Part shown: positions 26,431-36,934 of the stretch, one piece after another
How the letters are laid out: each line of letters starts with the position of its first letter
Numbering within the stretch: the stretch's first letter is position 1
Source of the DNA: Clostridia bacterium
Lineage (GTDB): Bacteria > Bacillota > Clostridia > Christensenellales > Aristaeellaceae
Assembly: GCA_030535375.1 (NCBI GenBank)
Contig: JAUNJB010000003.1
Location: 1 to 54,956, forward strand
Length of the DNA: 54,956 nt
Direction: 5' to 3'
Notes under the pieces: model-generated
What the model saw: the letters and a program-made list of their open reading frames with translations, nothing else
Database searches by the model: none
What the model was told of the DNA's origin: nothing
Position numbers and translations under genes: made by a program

Positions 26431-27243
26431 ATGCTGAACCGAATCTTTATTTCCGCAGATATCGAGGGCACCTGCGGCATCGCCCATTGGGACGAGACGA
26501 TCCTCGGGAAGGCGGATTACGAGCAGTTCCGCCGGCAGATGACGGCGGAGGTTGCGGCGGCATGTGAGGGCGCCGCGGCGGGCGGAAGCGACGATATCCT
26601 GATCAAAGACGCGCACGACAGCGCGCGAAATCTGACTCCGGCCAGCCTGCCGGAGGGTGTGCAGATCTTTCGCGGATGGGGAAGCGACATCCATTCGATG
26701 ATGTCCGGGCTGGATGCGAGCTTTGCGGGCGTCATCTTTACGGGCTATCATTCCTCCTCGAATACGGATGCCAATCCGCTGTCTCACACGATGAACCTGA
26801 ATAACGTCTCCATCCGCATCAACGGCATACAGGCCAGTGAAATGGTGATCAATACGTTTGCCGCGGCGATGTATGACGTGCCGGTGCTGATGATCACGGG
26901 CGACGTCGGCGTGTGCGAGGCCGCCAAGCGCCTCAATCCGAATATCGTCACCGTGCCGGTGAGCCGCGGCTGCGGCAACGGCAGCATCTCCATCCATCCG
27001 CAGGAGGCGGTGCGCCGCATCCGCGCGGCCGCGGAGCAGGCCGTGCGCGAGGGCATTGCGAACCCGGACAAATTCAAAATCGACATGCCGAACAAGTTTG
27101 ATGTCGAGGTCGAGTTTGTCAAGCACAACATGGCGCGCCGCGCGGGCTTCTATCCCGGCGTGCGGCAGACGGGCGCGCGCACGGTGATGTTCAGCTCGGA
27201 TGCGTACTATGAGGTGCTGAGGTTCTTCATGTTCTGTCTGTGA
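26431..27243 (+). CDS. M55-family D-aminopeptidase (DppA type)
   Basis: MLNRIFISADIEGTCGIAHWDE matches the DppA N-terminal metal-binding block (ISADMEG). The ATG at 26431 has AGGAG upstream. Confidence 0.85.
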   Translation: MLNRIFISADIEGTCGIAHWDETILGKADYEQFRRQMTAEVAAACEGAAAGGSDDILIKDAHDSARNLTPASLPEGVQIFRGWGSDIHSMMSGLDASFAGVIFTGYHSSSNTDANPLSHTMNLNNVSIRINGIQASEMVINTFAAAMYDVPVLMITGDVGVCEAAKRLNPNIVTVPVSRGCGNGSISIHPQEAVRRIRAAAEQAVREGIANPDKFKIDMPNKFDVEVEFVKHNMARRAGFYPGVRQTGARTVMFSSDAYYEVLRFFMFCL

Positions 27244-27274
27244 TGAATGGGCTGTATCCCAAAAACGGACAATG

Positions 27275-27327
27275 AAAAAAGAGACCTCCTGTTGTAGAAT
27301 AGGGAAAATCTGCAACAGGAGGTTTCG
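27275..27327. terminator. bidirectional terminator-like hairpin between the dppA-type gene and the GH13 gene
   Basis: ACCTCCTGTTG-19 nt-CAACAGGAGGT, an 11-bp perfect stem flanked by an A-run on the left and TTCGTC on the right. Confidence 0.55.
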
Positions 27328-27387
27328 TCATGTCCAGAACTTATACGAAGGTGGAGCCGCTGGCCGCTTTTGCATCCATAAGGGGCG

Positions 27388-29346
27388 TTAAATCACGCGA
27401 TTCTCCTCGCAGCTGTGGGCAAAGAAGGAGATGCCCCGCATGCCGTTCAGATGGATGCTGTAGGCGCCGGCGCGCGCGTGATGAACCTCGCCCGTGTCGG
27501 AGATGATCTCCCTTGCACCCATCAGATCGCTGGCGGTGAGGTAGATGTCGATGGGATGGGCGCTGCGGTTGATGAGCGTCACGGCGCAGCCATCCTGAGC
27601 GGGCTTGCCCAGCGCATCGACGCCGCCGGAGATCGTGCGGATGACGCCGAGCACGTCGTCGCACGGGGCGATGTACGTGCATTCTCCCGTGCGCAGGGCT
27701 GCGTGCTCCCGGCGCATGGCGATCATCCTGCGGTAATAGGCGAGCATCTGCGCGTCCTCGTGGCCCCAGGGGTAGGTGCGCCGGCAGAACGGATCAGCGC
27801 AGCCCTCCATGCCGGCCTCGTCGGCGTAGTAGATACAGGGCATGCCCGGCACACTCATGATCATGCGCAGCATCATGTGCTCGCGCAGGGTGCCCACCAT
27901 GCGCTCCTCCTGGGTGAGCTGATGTTCGGCGCGGCGGGAACGGGGGATATCGTTGCCGTCGTTTCCGGCCAGCACGTTGAGGATGCGGGGGCGGTCGTGG
28001 CTGCCCATCAGATTCATCAGCGAGTAGAGGAAGGGCTTGGGATAGTTCTGGCTCAGCGCGGAGAGGCTGAACGCGACGGCCTGAGCGCTCTTGCGGCCCA
28101 TCAAAAAGTCGATCAGATTTTCGCGCAGCGGGTAATTCATCACGCTGTCCAGCGTGTCGCCGAGCACGTAGGAGCGCATCACGCCGTATGCGACCTTGTG
28201 GCTGGCATCCTCCCAGACCTCACCCAGCACGGCGGCGTCGCCGTTGACAGACTTGACCTCCCGGCGCAGCTGGCGCAGGAATTCCATCGGCAGTTCGTCC
28301 GCCACGTCAAGCCGCCAGCCGCTGGTACCCCGGCGGACCCAGTGCTTGACGACGGCGTCCTCTCCGCCGAGGATGTAGCGGCGATAATCCTCATCCAGCT
28401 CGTTGACATTGGGCAGCGTCTTGAATCCCCACCAGCAGTCGTAATCGTCCGGCCAATGGCGGAAGGTGAACCACTTGGCATAGGGAGAATCGGGATCGCG
28501 ATACGCGCCGACGCGCTCACCGTGCGTGCCGCGGCGATTGAAGTAGACGCTGTCGTCGCCCAGGTGGGAAAACACGCCGTCGAGCATGATGCGAATCCCC
28601 AGCTTTTTTGCGTCCTCGCACAGCAGGGCGAGCGCCTCCTCGTCGCCGAACATCGGATCGATCCGCATGTAATCGCTGGTATCGTATTTGTGGTTGGTGC
28701 GCGCGTGGAAGATCGGATTGAAGTAGATGACGCTGACGCCCAGCTCCTTGAGATACGGAAGCTTCTGGCGAACGCCCTCCAGGTTGCCGCCGAAGAAATC
28801 GTTGGCGAAATTGTCCCCGTTTTCGGAGATATTGAGCGTGGGCATTTCGTTCCAGTCGGTGTGCAGCTCGATATTCTGGCCGTCCTTGGCGTGCATGAGG
28901 GCATCGGTGCCCTTGCCGTGATAGAAGCGGTCGACCATGATCTGATACATCACGCCTTCGTGCATCCAGTCGGGCGTTTTGTAGTCCGGGTCATAGACGG
29001 TCAGCTGGAAGCTCTCCTCGCTGCCCATCAGCCCCGTGCCGCAGCCGGTGTCATCCGATGCGCCGAGCACAATACGCTGGCCGTTTACGGTCGCCTCAAA
29101 GCGATACCAGTACAGACAGGGAGTCTGGCAGACGGTGATCTGCGCCTCATAATACCGCCGGCCGTTGCGCATGCCCAGCGGACGCATGGGAAAGCGATGC
29201 TCCTCGCCGTCCCAGATGCGCAGATCCAGCTTCTCCGGCTCGCCGGAGCCCGTCACCGCCACGCGCAGGCGCACCTGCGCGCCCGCGGGTAGCGCACCCA
29301 GCGGGGTGCGGTAAAACCTGTCGGTGGTGTCATGATGAAGAACCAT
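27388..29346 (-). CDS. GH13 alpha-glucosidase/neopullulanase/cyclomaltodextrinase-type enzyme
   Basis: ...GVSVIYFNPIF..., ...MLDGVFSHLG..., ...GWRLDVADEL..., ...GEVWEDA..., ...LMGSHDRPR are GH13 conserved regions I-IV, with an N-terminal E-set-like domain. The ATG at 29346 has GGAG upstream. Confidence 0.85.
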   Translation of the reverse strand: MVLHHDTTDRFYRTPLGALPAGAQVRLRVAVTGSGEPEKLDLRIWDGEEHRFPMRPLGMRNGRRYYEAQITVCQTPCLYWYRFEATVNGQRIVLGASDDTGCGTGLMGSEESFQLTVYDPDYKTPDWMHEGVMYQIMVDRFYHGKGTDALMHAKDGQNIELHTDWNEMPTLNISENGDNFANDFFGGNLEGVRQKLPYLKELGVSVIYFNPIFHARTNHKYDTSDYMRIDPMFGDEEALALLCEDAKKLGIRIMLDGVFSHLGDDSVYFNRRGTHGERVGAYRDPDSPYAKWFTFRHWPDDYDCWWGFKTLPNVNELDEDYRRYILGGEDAVVKHWVRRGTSGWRLDVADELPMEFLRQLRREVKSVNGDAAVLGEVWEDASHKVAYGVMRSYVLGDTLDSVMNYPLRENLIDFLMGRKSAQAVAFSLSALSQNYPKPFLYSLMNLMGSHDRPRILNVLAGNDGNDIPRSRRAEHQLTQEERMVGTLREHMMLRMIMSVPGMPCIYYADEAGMEGCADPFCRRTYPWGHEDAQMLAYYRRMIAMRREHAALRTGECTYIAPCDDVLGVIRTISGGVDALGKPAQDGCAVTLINRSAHPIDIYLTASDLMGAREIISDTGEVHHARAGAYSIHLNGMRGISFFAHSCEENRVI

Positions 29347-29474
29347 TGGAAACACTCCATCCATTTTGTAGTGTAGCGCAGCGTCCGCTCCGTCTTTGGG
29401 CGCCGGAAAGGCCGCCCGTACTGTGCGGGCCATCCACACGCTGCGCGCGCTTCCCTTGGAAACACAACGTTTTT

Positions 29475-29503
29475 ATTCTAGCGTACTTTGAATGTCCTGT
29501 AAA
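29475..29503 (-). promoter_or_regulatory. sigma-A-type promoter candidate for the GH13 gene
   Basis: The minus strand reads TTTACA-17 nt-TAGAAT, leaving a ~125-nt leader. Confidence 0.5.
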
Positions 29504-29620
29504 TCCCTTTTTTTATGCTCTTCGCCCCAAGAGTTCACATTTTTGTTGCATTCATATTGCTTCACCGCTACATCTGCGCTTTATAATGAACGCATACATA
29601 AAGAAAGGAGGGATCATCCC

Positions 29621-30253
29621 TTGAAGGGCGTAAGGATAGGCGTCGCGTGCGCGGCGCTGGCCGCGGCAGGCGCGTTTGCGTGGCTGAGCAGCACGCCTAT
29701 CAAAGAGCACACTGTGCTGGAGGCATCTGCCGCAGCCATATCGGACGAGCAAACGCAGGAAACCGCACCGTATTTGGACGACGGGCAGGATGATGCCCTC
29801 GGGGAGACGGTATCCCATCTCTTTCCGGAGCTTGACGAATCCGCCATTACCGCGGTGATGGTGATCACGCCGGAACGCACATTCAACTTCCGCTGCGCGA
29901 AGCCGGGTAAGGTCAGCGTCAACGGCCAAAAGGCGGACGCCGAAATCTTCACGACGCTGATTGGGCAGATTACGACGATCCCCGTCGTCTCACAGGCGGC
30001 ATTTACGCCGTCGTGCGATCCGATGCTCACGCTCACCATCGTCGCGGGGGAAGAGGAGTTTGTCGCCTGCTTCTATCACGACGGCGGCACGGGCACGCTC
30101 ACCAAGGTCATCAGCAATCCCGAGGGCGAGCCGCAGTACGGCCAGACGGATGGCTGGCGCATCGGCACGCTGCTGCTCACATGCGACGGCACGCGGATTC
30201 AGGATGAGAGCGGCCAGGAGACGCCGGTGCAGGATGTCAACGCGCTTCTCTGA
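29621..30253 (+). CDS. hypothetical membrane-anchored protein
   Basis: The TTG at 29621, in frame with track ORF 29492..30253, is preceded by AAAGGAGGG with a 7-nt spacer. N-terminal anchor GVACAALAAAGAFAWL. No family recognised. The 3' end overlaps the convergent aminoacylase ORF by 17 nt. Confidence 0.5.
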   Translation: MKGVRIGVACAALAAAGAFAWLSSTPIKEHTVLEASAAAISDEQTQETAPYLDDGQDDALGETVSHLFPELDESAITAVMVITPERTFNFRCAKPGKVSVNGQKADAEIFTTLIGQITTIPVVSQAAFTPSCDPMLTLTIVAGEEEFVACFYHDGGTGTLTKVISNPEGEPQYGQTDGWRIGTLLLTCDGTRIQDESGQETPVQDVNALL

Positions 30254-31643
30254 GCGGCGTGACGCCCGTGCGCGCAGACTTTGATGAGACGGGAAGACGC
30301 AGCGCCTTTCCCCGAAGAATCCCCGTCGGACGGCTCATTGCGGCCGCAACCTTGCCGCCGACGATTACATACCGAATGCCCTTCGGAGCCGAGTCGGGGC
30401 TGCCCAGCCCCGGAAAATCGGCCGTATCGTGGAGGGTATCCGGGTCAAAAACCACCAGGTCCGCATCGCATCCCGTGCGCATGCGGCCTTTTTTTGCAAA
30501 CCCGAAGACCAGCGCGGGCAGCAGCGTGATATGCCAGACGGCCTGCTCCCAGGTCAGCTCACGGCGCTCGCAGACCATGCGGCGCAGATAGCGCGGGAAG
30601 TTTCCGGCGATCTGAGGATGGCCCTCGCCGGGGGCATACGCGCCCGCGTCGGTGGAGGACATGGCGAGAGGGTGGCGCGCAATGGTGTAGACGGCTTCCT
30701 CATCGCCCGTGTTGACCACGACGGCGTCGTGCGGGTGCGCCGCGCGCAGGTGCTCATAGAGCGCCTGATCCGGCACACAGCCGATGTGAGGACCGGTGAT
30801 CACCCGCAGGTGATGCAGCTCGATGCCGTTGTCACGCATGATGGTGGGCTCAAAGAGGGCCGAACCGATTGTCGAGCACCAGTCCTTGTACATGCCGCTG
30901 TCAAAATACATGTCGATGCCCGCGGCGCGCGCCTGATCGATCATCGCCAGCGCCGCGTCCTCCACGCCTACGCCGTATTGGTACACGAAGTGGGAGACGA
31001 TCATCCGGCAGCCCGAGACGGACGCCAGATCGATGGCCTCCTGGAGAGAATGCAGGTCGGTCATCGAATTCATGCGGGTATCGATGGCAGCGGGGCGGCC
31101 ATATTCGCATGCGATGTCGCACAGCGTGGTCATTTCCTCGATGGATGCGCCCGGCGTGTAAGCGGGCCCCAGGGAAACGCCCGCCGCGCCGGCCTCCATC
31201 GCCTCGCGGCACAGACGCGCCATCTGCGCGGCTTGCGCCGCGTTTGCCGGCTGAAAGGGATCGATGACGCCCGCGGCCCGGCGCAGCGCGCACATGCCGA
31301 TCAGCTCTGCCTGATGGATGGGGAACGCGCGCTGCTCGCCGAGAAAGCGCCCGATATCGAGCGGAGAGAAGCCGCAGTTGCCGCCTACGGATGTGGTGAT
31401 GCCCTGCAAAAGCGAGAGCTCGCCCGTGCGCATATGGCCGTCGATGTGGCTGTGCGGGTCGATGAAGCCCGGGCAGACCATACAGCCCGATGCGTCGATC
31501 CGCTGCGCGTCCCCGGGGCATGCGACGCCGCCCGCTGTGCCGACGGCGGCAATCCGCCCGCCGCTCACAAGCACATCGCCGCGAAAGGAAAGCTCCTTTT
31601 CGGGATCGATGACGGTTCCGCCAAAGATGAAAAGCGCAGACAT
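30237..31643 (-). CDS. amidohydrolase-superfamily N-acyl-D-amino-acid deacylase (D-aminoacylase) type
   Basis: MSALFIFGGTVIDP...DVLVSGGRIAAVG...CPGFIDPHSHIDGHM is the metal-binding HxH block. The ATG at 31643 has GAGAGGAG upstream. Confidence 0.8.
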   Translation of the reverse strand: MSALFIFGGTVIDPEKELSFRGDVLVSGGRIAAVGTAGGVACPGDAQRIDASGCMVCPGFIDPHSHIDGHMRTGELSLLQGITTSVGGNCGFSPLDIGRFLGEQRAFPIHQAELIGMCALRRAAGVIDPFQPANAAQAAQMARLCREAMEAGAAGVSLGPAYTPGASIEEMTTLCDIACEYGRPAAIDTRMNSMTDLHSLQEAIDLASVSGCRMIVSHFVYQYGVGVEDAALAMIDQARAAGIDMYFDSGMYKDWCSTIGSALFEPTIMRDNGIELHHLRVITGPHIGCVPDQALYEHLRAAHPHDAVVVNTGDEEAVYTIARHPLAMSSTDAGAYAPGEGHPQIAGNFPRYLRRMVCERRELTWEQAVWHITLLPALVFGFAKKGRMRTGCDADLVVFDPDTLHDTADFPGLGSPDSAPKGIRYVIVGGKVAAAMSRPTGILRGKALRLPVSSKSARTGVTPLREAR

Positions 31644-31668
31644 TTTTATTCTCCTCTCTCGTGCTGCG

Positions 31669-31707
31669 CCTAAGAAAGCCCGCACACATGGCGCGGGCTT
31701 TCTTAGG
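31669..31707. other. 15-bp perfect-stem hairpin between potD and the aminoacylase gene
   Basis: CCTAAGAAAGCCCGC-9 nt-GCGGGCTTTCTTAGG, with no U-tract on either strand. Confidence 0.6.
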
Positions 31708-31806
31708 CGGGCAGCGCAGAAGCGCCGCCCGTGCACACCCTGCTTTTATCATACACAGTCCGGCGGCGGGAGGTGCACACCCGCCTGTGCCGAACCACGG
31801 CTGTAA

Positions 31807-32958
31807 TCAGAAACCGAGCTTAAACTTCGTCCAGATGTCCTGGAACTTCTGCTCATCCTCGCTGGAGAGGTTAAGCACATACTCGGCGTCGTCAATGCGC
31901 TCATAGATGCCGGAGAACACCGGGTTCTCCTTGTACCAGTCCGCCAGCACATCCTGCGCGGCCTCGTTCGGGCTGCAATAATACTGCCACTCGGCGCACA
32001 CGGCGGCGACCTCCGGACGAAGCAGATACTCCAGGAACAGATTGGCGTTCTTGGCATGCGGCGCATTCACCGGGATGAAGCAGCCGTCGATGCCGAAGCC
32101 CAGACCCTCCTGCGGCCAGACAACCTGGAGATCCGGATTCGCGTCCAGCGCGAGGGCGACAAACGGCGTGAAGGTATACGCCACGGAGACATCGCCGGAG
32201 ACGAGGTAGTTGTGCAGGTTCTCATACTCCAATACGTGGATATTCGGGCGCAGCTCCTCAAGCTTTTCGGCCGCCTCTGCCAACACGGCCTCGTCCGTTG
32301 TGTTCATGCTCTGGCCCATGGACAGGAGAACCATGCCGATGGTTACGCGGGCGTCGTCGATCAGGCCCAGGGAATCCGCGAGAGACGAATCCCACAGATC
32401 ATTGAAGCCCTTGATCTCGATATCCACGACGGAAGGATCGTAGACGATCAGCGGGATGCCGCTGACATAGGGGATGACGTACTCGTTGTCGGGATCAAAG
32501 AACTGGTGCGTGAAATCCTCGTTCAGATTGCCGTAGTTGGTCACGATTTCCGGATCAAACTTCTGCATCAGGCCCGCCTCGCGGGTGGTGTTGAGGATGT
32601 AATCGCTGGCCAGGATGATGTCGTAATCGCCGCCGTTGACCGCGGAGAGCTTCTCATACATCTCCTCGTTGCTGGCGAAGGTGGCATAGTTGACCTTGAT
32701 CCCCGTCTCTTCCTCAAACGGCTTGATGACGGTCTCGTAATCGATGTAGCCTTCCCAGGTGAAGATGTTGAGCACCGCGTCGCCGTCGGCCGCGTCCTCG
32801 GCGGCCTCCGTCTCCTCGGCGGGGGCTTCCGTCTCTTCCGGCGCCTCGGTCTCCACCGGGGCTGCCGTTGCCTCCGTCGCCGCGTTGTTATCCGAGCTGC
32901 ATCCTGCCAACAGGAACATCAGGCACAGTGCCATGCATACAAGCAGACCTTTTTTCAT
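31807..32958 (-). CDS. potD: spermidine/putrescine ABC transporter substrate-binding lipoprotein
   Basis: MKKGLLVCMALCLMFLLAGCSS lipobox, an acidic E/T/A linker, then a PotD-type fold (...FTWEGYID...NYATFASNEEM...). It is the last gene of the pot cluster. Confidence 0.85.
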   Translation of the reverse strand: MKKGLLVCMALCLMFLLAGCSSDNNAATEATAAPVETEAPEETEAPAEETEAAEDAADGDAVLNIFTWEGYIDYETVIKPFEEETGIKVNYATFASNEEMYEKLSAVNGGDYDIILASDYILNTTREAGLMQKFDPEIVTNYGNLNEDFTHQFFDPDNEYVIPYVSGIPLIVYDPSVVDIEIKGFNDLWDSSLADSLGLIDDARVTIGMVLLSMGQSMNTTDEAVLAEAAEKLEELRPNIHVLEYENLHNYLVSGDVSVAYTFTPFVALALDANPDLQVVWPQEGLGFGIDGCFIPVNAPHAKNANLFLEYLLRPEVAAVCAEWQYYCSPNEAAQDVLADWYKENPVFSGIYERIDDAEYVLNLSSEDEQKFQDIWTKFKLGF

Positions 32959-33005
32959 GTTTACTCCTCCCAGTTTTTACAATTATTCAAACGCCGCAAG
33001 TTTCC

Positions 33006-33815
33006 TTACCGCGATGAATCCATCCTTTTGTCGTTGACCGCGCGGATCAACTGGCTGAGCCCGACGAACAGGAAGATCGCCCCGAGCATCAGCGTGGAGA
33101 GCGCGTTGATCTCCGGCGTGCCGCCCGAACGCAGGCCGGTATAGACCTTGAGCGGCAGGGTCGTCGTTTCCGCGCTGGTGACGAAGAACGAGATCACCAC
33201 ATCGTCAAGCGACATGGCCGCCGCAAGCATCATGCCGGAGATGACCGCGGGCATGATCAGCGGCAGGGTGATATCCCGCAGGATGCGCATGAGGCTTGCG
33301 CCCAGGTCGCGCGCGGCCTCCTCGATTGCCGGGTCCATGCCGATCAGGCGGGATTTCACATTGATGAACACGTATGGCACGCAGAACGTGGTGTGCGTGA
33401 GCACGAGCGCGCCCATGCCCAGCTTGACGCCCAGGGCGGTGAACACGGCCAGATACGCCATGCCCAGCACCAGCTCCGGGATCATCATGGGCAGCGTCGC
33501 CAGCGATTCGATTGCGCCCGCGCCCCTCAGGTGACCGCGCGCCAGGCCGATCGCGCCCAGCGTGCCGATGATGCCGGACAATACGCTGGAGAGCGCGGCC
33601 AGAATCAGCGAATTCTTGAGTGCGTCGGCCATCAGCGCATTGGAGAACAGGCGCGTATACCAGCCGGTGGTGAAGCCCTGCCATACGCCGATGGTGCGCC
33701 CGGAATTGAACGAATAGATGACCACCATCAGGATCGGCAGATAGAGGATGATCAGCACGAGCGTCAGATAGATGGGGGAAAAGATCTTGCGCTTTTTCTT
33801 TCTCCTGGCCGCCAT
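33006..33815 (-). CDS. potC: spermidine/putrescine ABC transporter permease
   Basis: MAARRKKKRKIFSPIYLTLVLIILYLPILMVVIYSFN... and the EAA loop ...IEEAARDLGAS.... The ATG overlaps the potB stop (ATGA). Confidence 0.85.
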   Translation of the reverse strand: MAARRKKKRKIFSPIYLTLVLIILYLPILMVVIYSFNSGRTIGVWQGFTTGWYTRLFSNALMADALKNSLILAALSSVLSGIIGTLGAIGLARGHLRGAGAIESLATLPMMIPELVLGMAYLAVFTALGVKLGMGALVLTHTTFCVPYVFINVKSRLIGMDPAIEEAARDLGASLMRILRDITLPLIMPAVISGMMLAAAMSLDDVVISFFVTSAETTTLPLKVYTGLRSGGTPEINALSTLMLGAIFLFVGLSQLIRAVNDKRMDSSR

Positions 33816-34670
33816 CAGAACACCCCCAGATCGTCGCCGCCGCTTCGGCGGTAAATCAGGTAGATGCCCGCTGTCAGCACGATGAGCACCATGGACATCG
33901 CGGAGCCCGTATTCCAGTCCCTCACCTTGAGCAGCTGATCGCGGATCAGGTTGCCCACGAGCATCAGGCCTCCGCCCATGATATCCGACAGATAGAACAG
34001 GCCCACGCTCGGCACGAACACCAGCACGCAGCCCGCGAGAATTCCCGGCATGGTCAGCGGCAGCGTCACGGTCAGAAATGCGCGCCAGGGCCTGGCGCCC
34101 AGATCGCGGGCCGCCTCGACCATCGTAAAGTCCATCTTGTCCACCGCGCTGTGGCACGGCAGGATCATGAACGAAATCAGGCAGTATACCATGGCCAGCA
34201 GCACGGAGCCATAGGAGCCCAGGAACTTGATGTTCTTGTCGATCAGCCCCAGCGCGCGCAGAACGCCGTTGATCGGCCCGTTGGCCTGCAGAAGAATCTT
34301 CCAGCCGTAAATGCGCACCAGCGCGCTCGTCCAGAACGGGATGATCACAAGCAGCATCAGCAGCGCCTTATAGCGCCTGCCGGCGCGCGCCATGCAGTAG
34401 CCGAACGGATAACCCACCAGCAGGGAGATTACCGTCGTCAAAAGGGCCAGCTGCAGGCTGTTGAGAAAGACCTTGAGATAGTCCGCACGCAGGAGGCTCC
34501 TGTAGTTGTCCAGGGTGAATGCCGCGCCCAGTGAAAAGCTTTGCCCGCTTTGAACGAGCGATGTGCCCAACACATAGATCAGCGGCAGCGCGACCAGCAG
34601 CACGGCAATGCAGGCCATCGGCGCGACAAACAGCGCGCTGCGCCTTGCCTCGCCGCGCTTCGCGGCGGAT

Positions 34671-34681
<11 letters not shown>
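33815..34681 (-). CDS. potB: spermidine/putrescine ABC transporter permease
   Basis: EAA loop ...MVEAARDLGARPW.... The ATG at 34681 has AGGAGG 8 nt upstream, and the gene overlaps the potA 3' end by 11 nt. Confidence 0.85.
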
Positions 34682-35759
<1,078 letters not shown>

Positions 35760-35859
35760 GTCTGCCTCCCGGCTCAGGGCCGCACGGTTTTTCTTTGGAT
35801 GGATCACGGTCTGTCCGAGGAAAAACTGCTCCGCTCGGCATTCCTATGAAATCAGGAAG

Positions 35860-35888
35860 ATTATATTCGATGTTTCTGCCCGTGTCAA
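35860..35888 (-). promoter_or_regulatory. consensus sigma-A promoter candidate for potABCD
   Basis: The minus strand reads TTGACA-17 nt-TATAAT, leaving a ~95-nt leader. Confidence 0.6.
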
Positions 35889-36055
35889 CCCAAATGTTTA
35901 CGGTAAAAATTGTGCGGGTTTAGTTTTTGTAAACAACCGGCGCGAATTCGCCCGTGTACGGCGCGTCGGAGGCGAAACGGGGAAGGGAATGGGCCGCCTT
36001 GGCGGCGGCAGGATGACAGATTGAGCGGAAAAAACGGGTTTTTGTGCATGATCTA

Positions 36056-36084
36056 TTGCGCCGGGGGCATAAAACAGGTATGAT
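36056..36084 (+). promoter_or_regulatory. sigma-A-type promoter candidate for the Zn-peptidase/whiA cluster
   Basis: TTGCGC-17 nt-TATGAT. Confidence 0.45.
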
Positions 36085-36221
36085 AGACATATCGCTGAAC
36101 GCTGACGAGAAAACCCGCCCGAAGAGGGAGAGACGGTTATATCGGTAAAATAAGGCGCGTGTTGATCAAGCCGGCCCCCATGCCGGCAAACCGAAACGAT
36201 AGAATGTCTGAGGACGGAGGC

Positions 36222-36917
36222 ATGACCATGTTCTATTATTACGATCCGACCTATTGGCTGCTCGTTCCCGGGCTGCTGCTCGCGCTGTACGCGCAGTTCA
36301 AGGTGTCTTCCGCCTTTCGCAAATGGAAGCAGGTGCCTTCAAGCACCGCGCTGACCGGCGCGCAGATCGCAAGGCAGATCCTTGACAGCAACGGCTGCGG
36401 CGGCGTGCGCATCGAGCCGGTCGCCGGCAGCCTGACCGATCATTACGATCCGCAGAACGGCGTGCTGCGTCTGTCTTCCGAGGTGTACGGTTCGCGCTCC
36501 ATTGCCGCGCTGGGGGTGGCCGCGCACGAGGCCGGGCACGCCATTCAGGATGCGCAGGATTACGCGCCGCTGCGCATCCGCGCATCGCTTGTGCCGGTGG
36601 CGAACATCGGCTCCGGCGCTGCGATTCCGCTGTTCATGCTGGGGCTGATTATGAGCTGGCAGCCGCTGATCAAGATCGGCATACTCTGCTTTGCGCTGGC
36701 GGTGCTGTTCTATGTGGTGACGCTGCCGGTGGAATTCAACGCATCGGGCCGTGCGGTCGCGGTGCTCTCCTCGGGCTATCTGCCGGAGGAGGAGGTGCGC
36801 GGGGTGAAGGCCGTGCTTTCCGCCGCGGCGCTGACGTATGTGGCGGCGGCGCTGCAGGCGTTGCTGCAGCTTCTGCGCCTGATCATCCTGGCAGGAGGCC
36901 GCAGAAGAAACGACTGA
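36222..36917 (+). CDS. putative neutral zinc metallopeptidase (YugP/Zn_peptidase_2 family membrane protein)
   Basis: MTMFYYYDPTYWLLVPGLLLALYAQFKV...VAAHEAGHAIQD (HExxH), with C-terminal TM segments. The ATG at 36222 has GGACGGAGG upstream. Confidence 0.8.
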   Translation: MTMFYYYDPTYWLLVPGLLLALYAQFKVSSAFRKWKQVPSSTALTGAQIARQILDSNGCGGVRIEPVAGSLTDHYDPQNGVLRLSSEVYGSRSIAALGVAAHEAGHAIQDAQDYAPLRIRASLVPVANIGSGAAIPLFMLGLIMSWQPLIKIGILCFALAVLFYVVTLPVEFNASGRAVAVLSSGYLPEEEVRGVKAVLSAAALTYVAAALQALLQLLRLIILAGGRRRND

Positions 36918-36934
36918 GAACGGCAGGAGGAAAC

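Noticed and set aside
29347-29475. Possible cre / LacI-family operator (AAAACGTTGTGTTTCC) in the GH13 leader.
   Set aside because: Only a half-site-like AACGTT core is present, with no 14-16 bp palindrome matching the cre or MalR consensus.
35900-36020. Possible degenerate fourth copy of the terminator-proximal repeat: CGGTAAAAATTGTGCGGG ... ATTCGCCC ... CGAAACGGGGAAGGGAATGGGCCGCC, ending in the GCCGCC-tt-GGCGGC hairpin.
   Set aside because: Only short blocks match, an insertion of ~27 nt has to be assumed, and it is not behind a terminator. The similarity is too weak to call by eye and needs a profile search.
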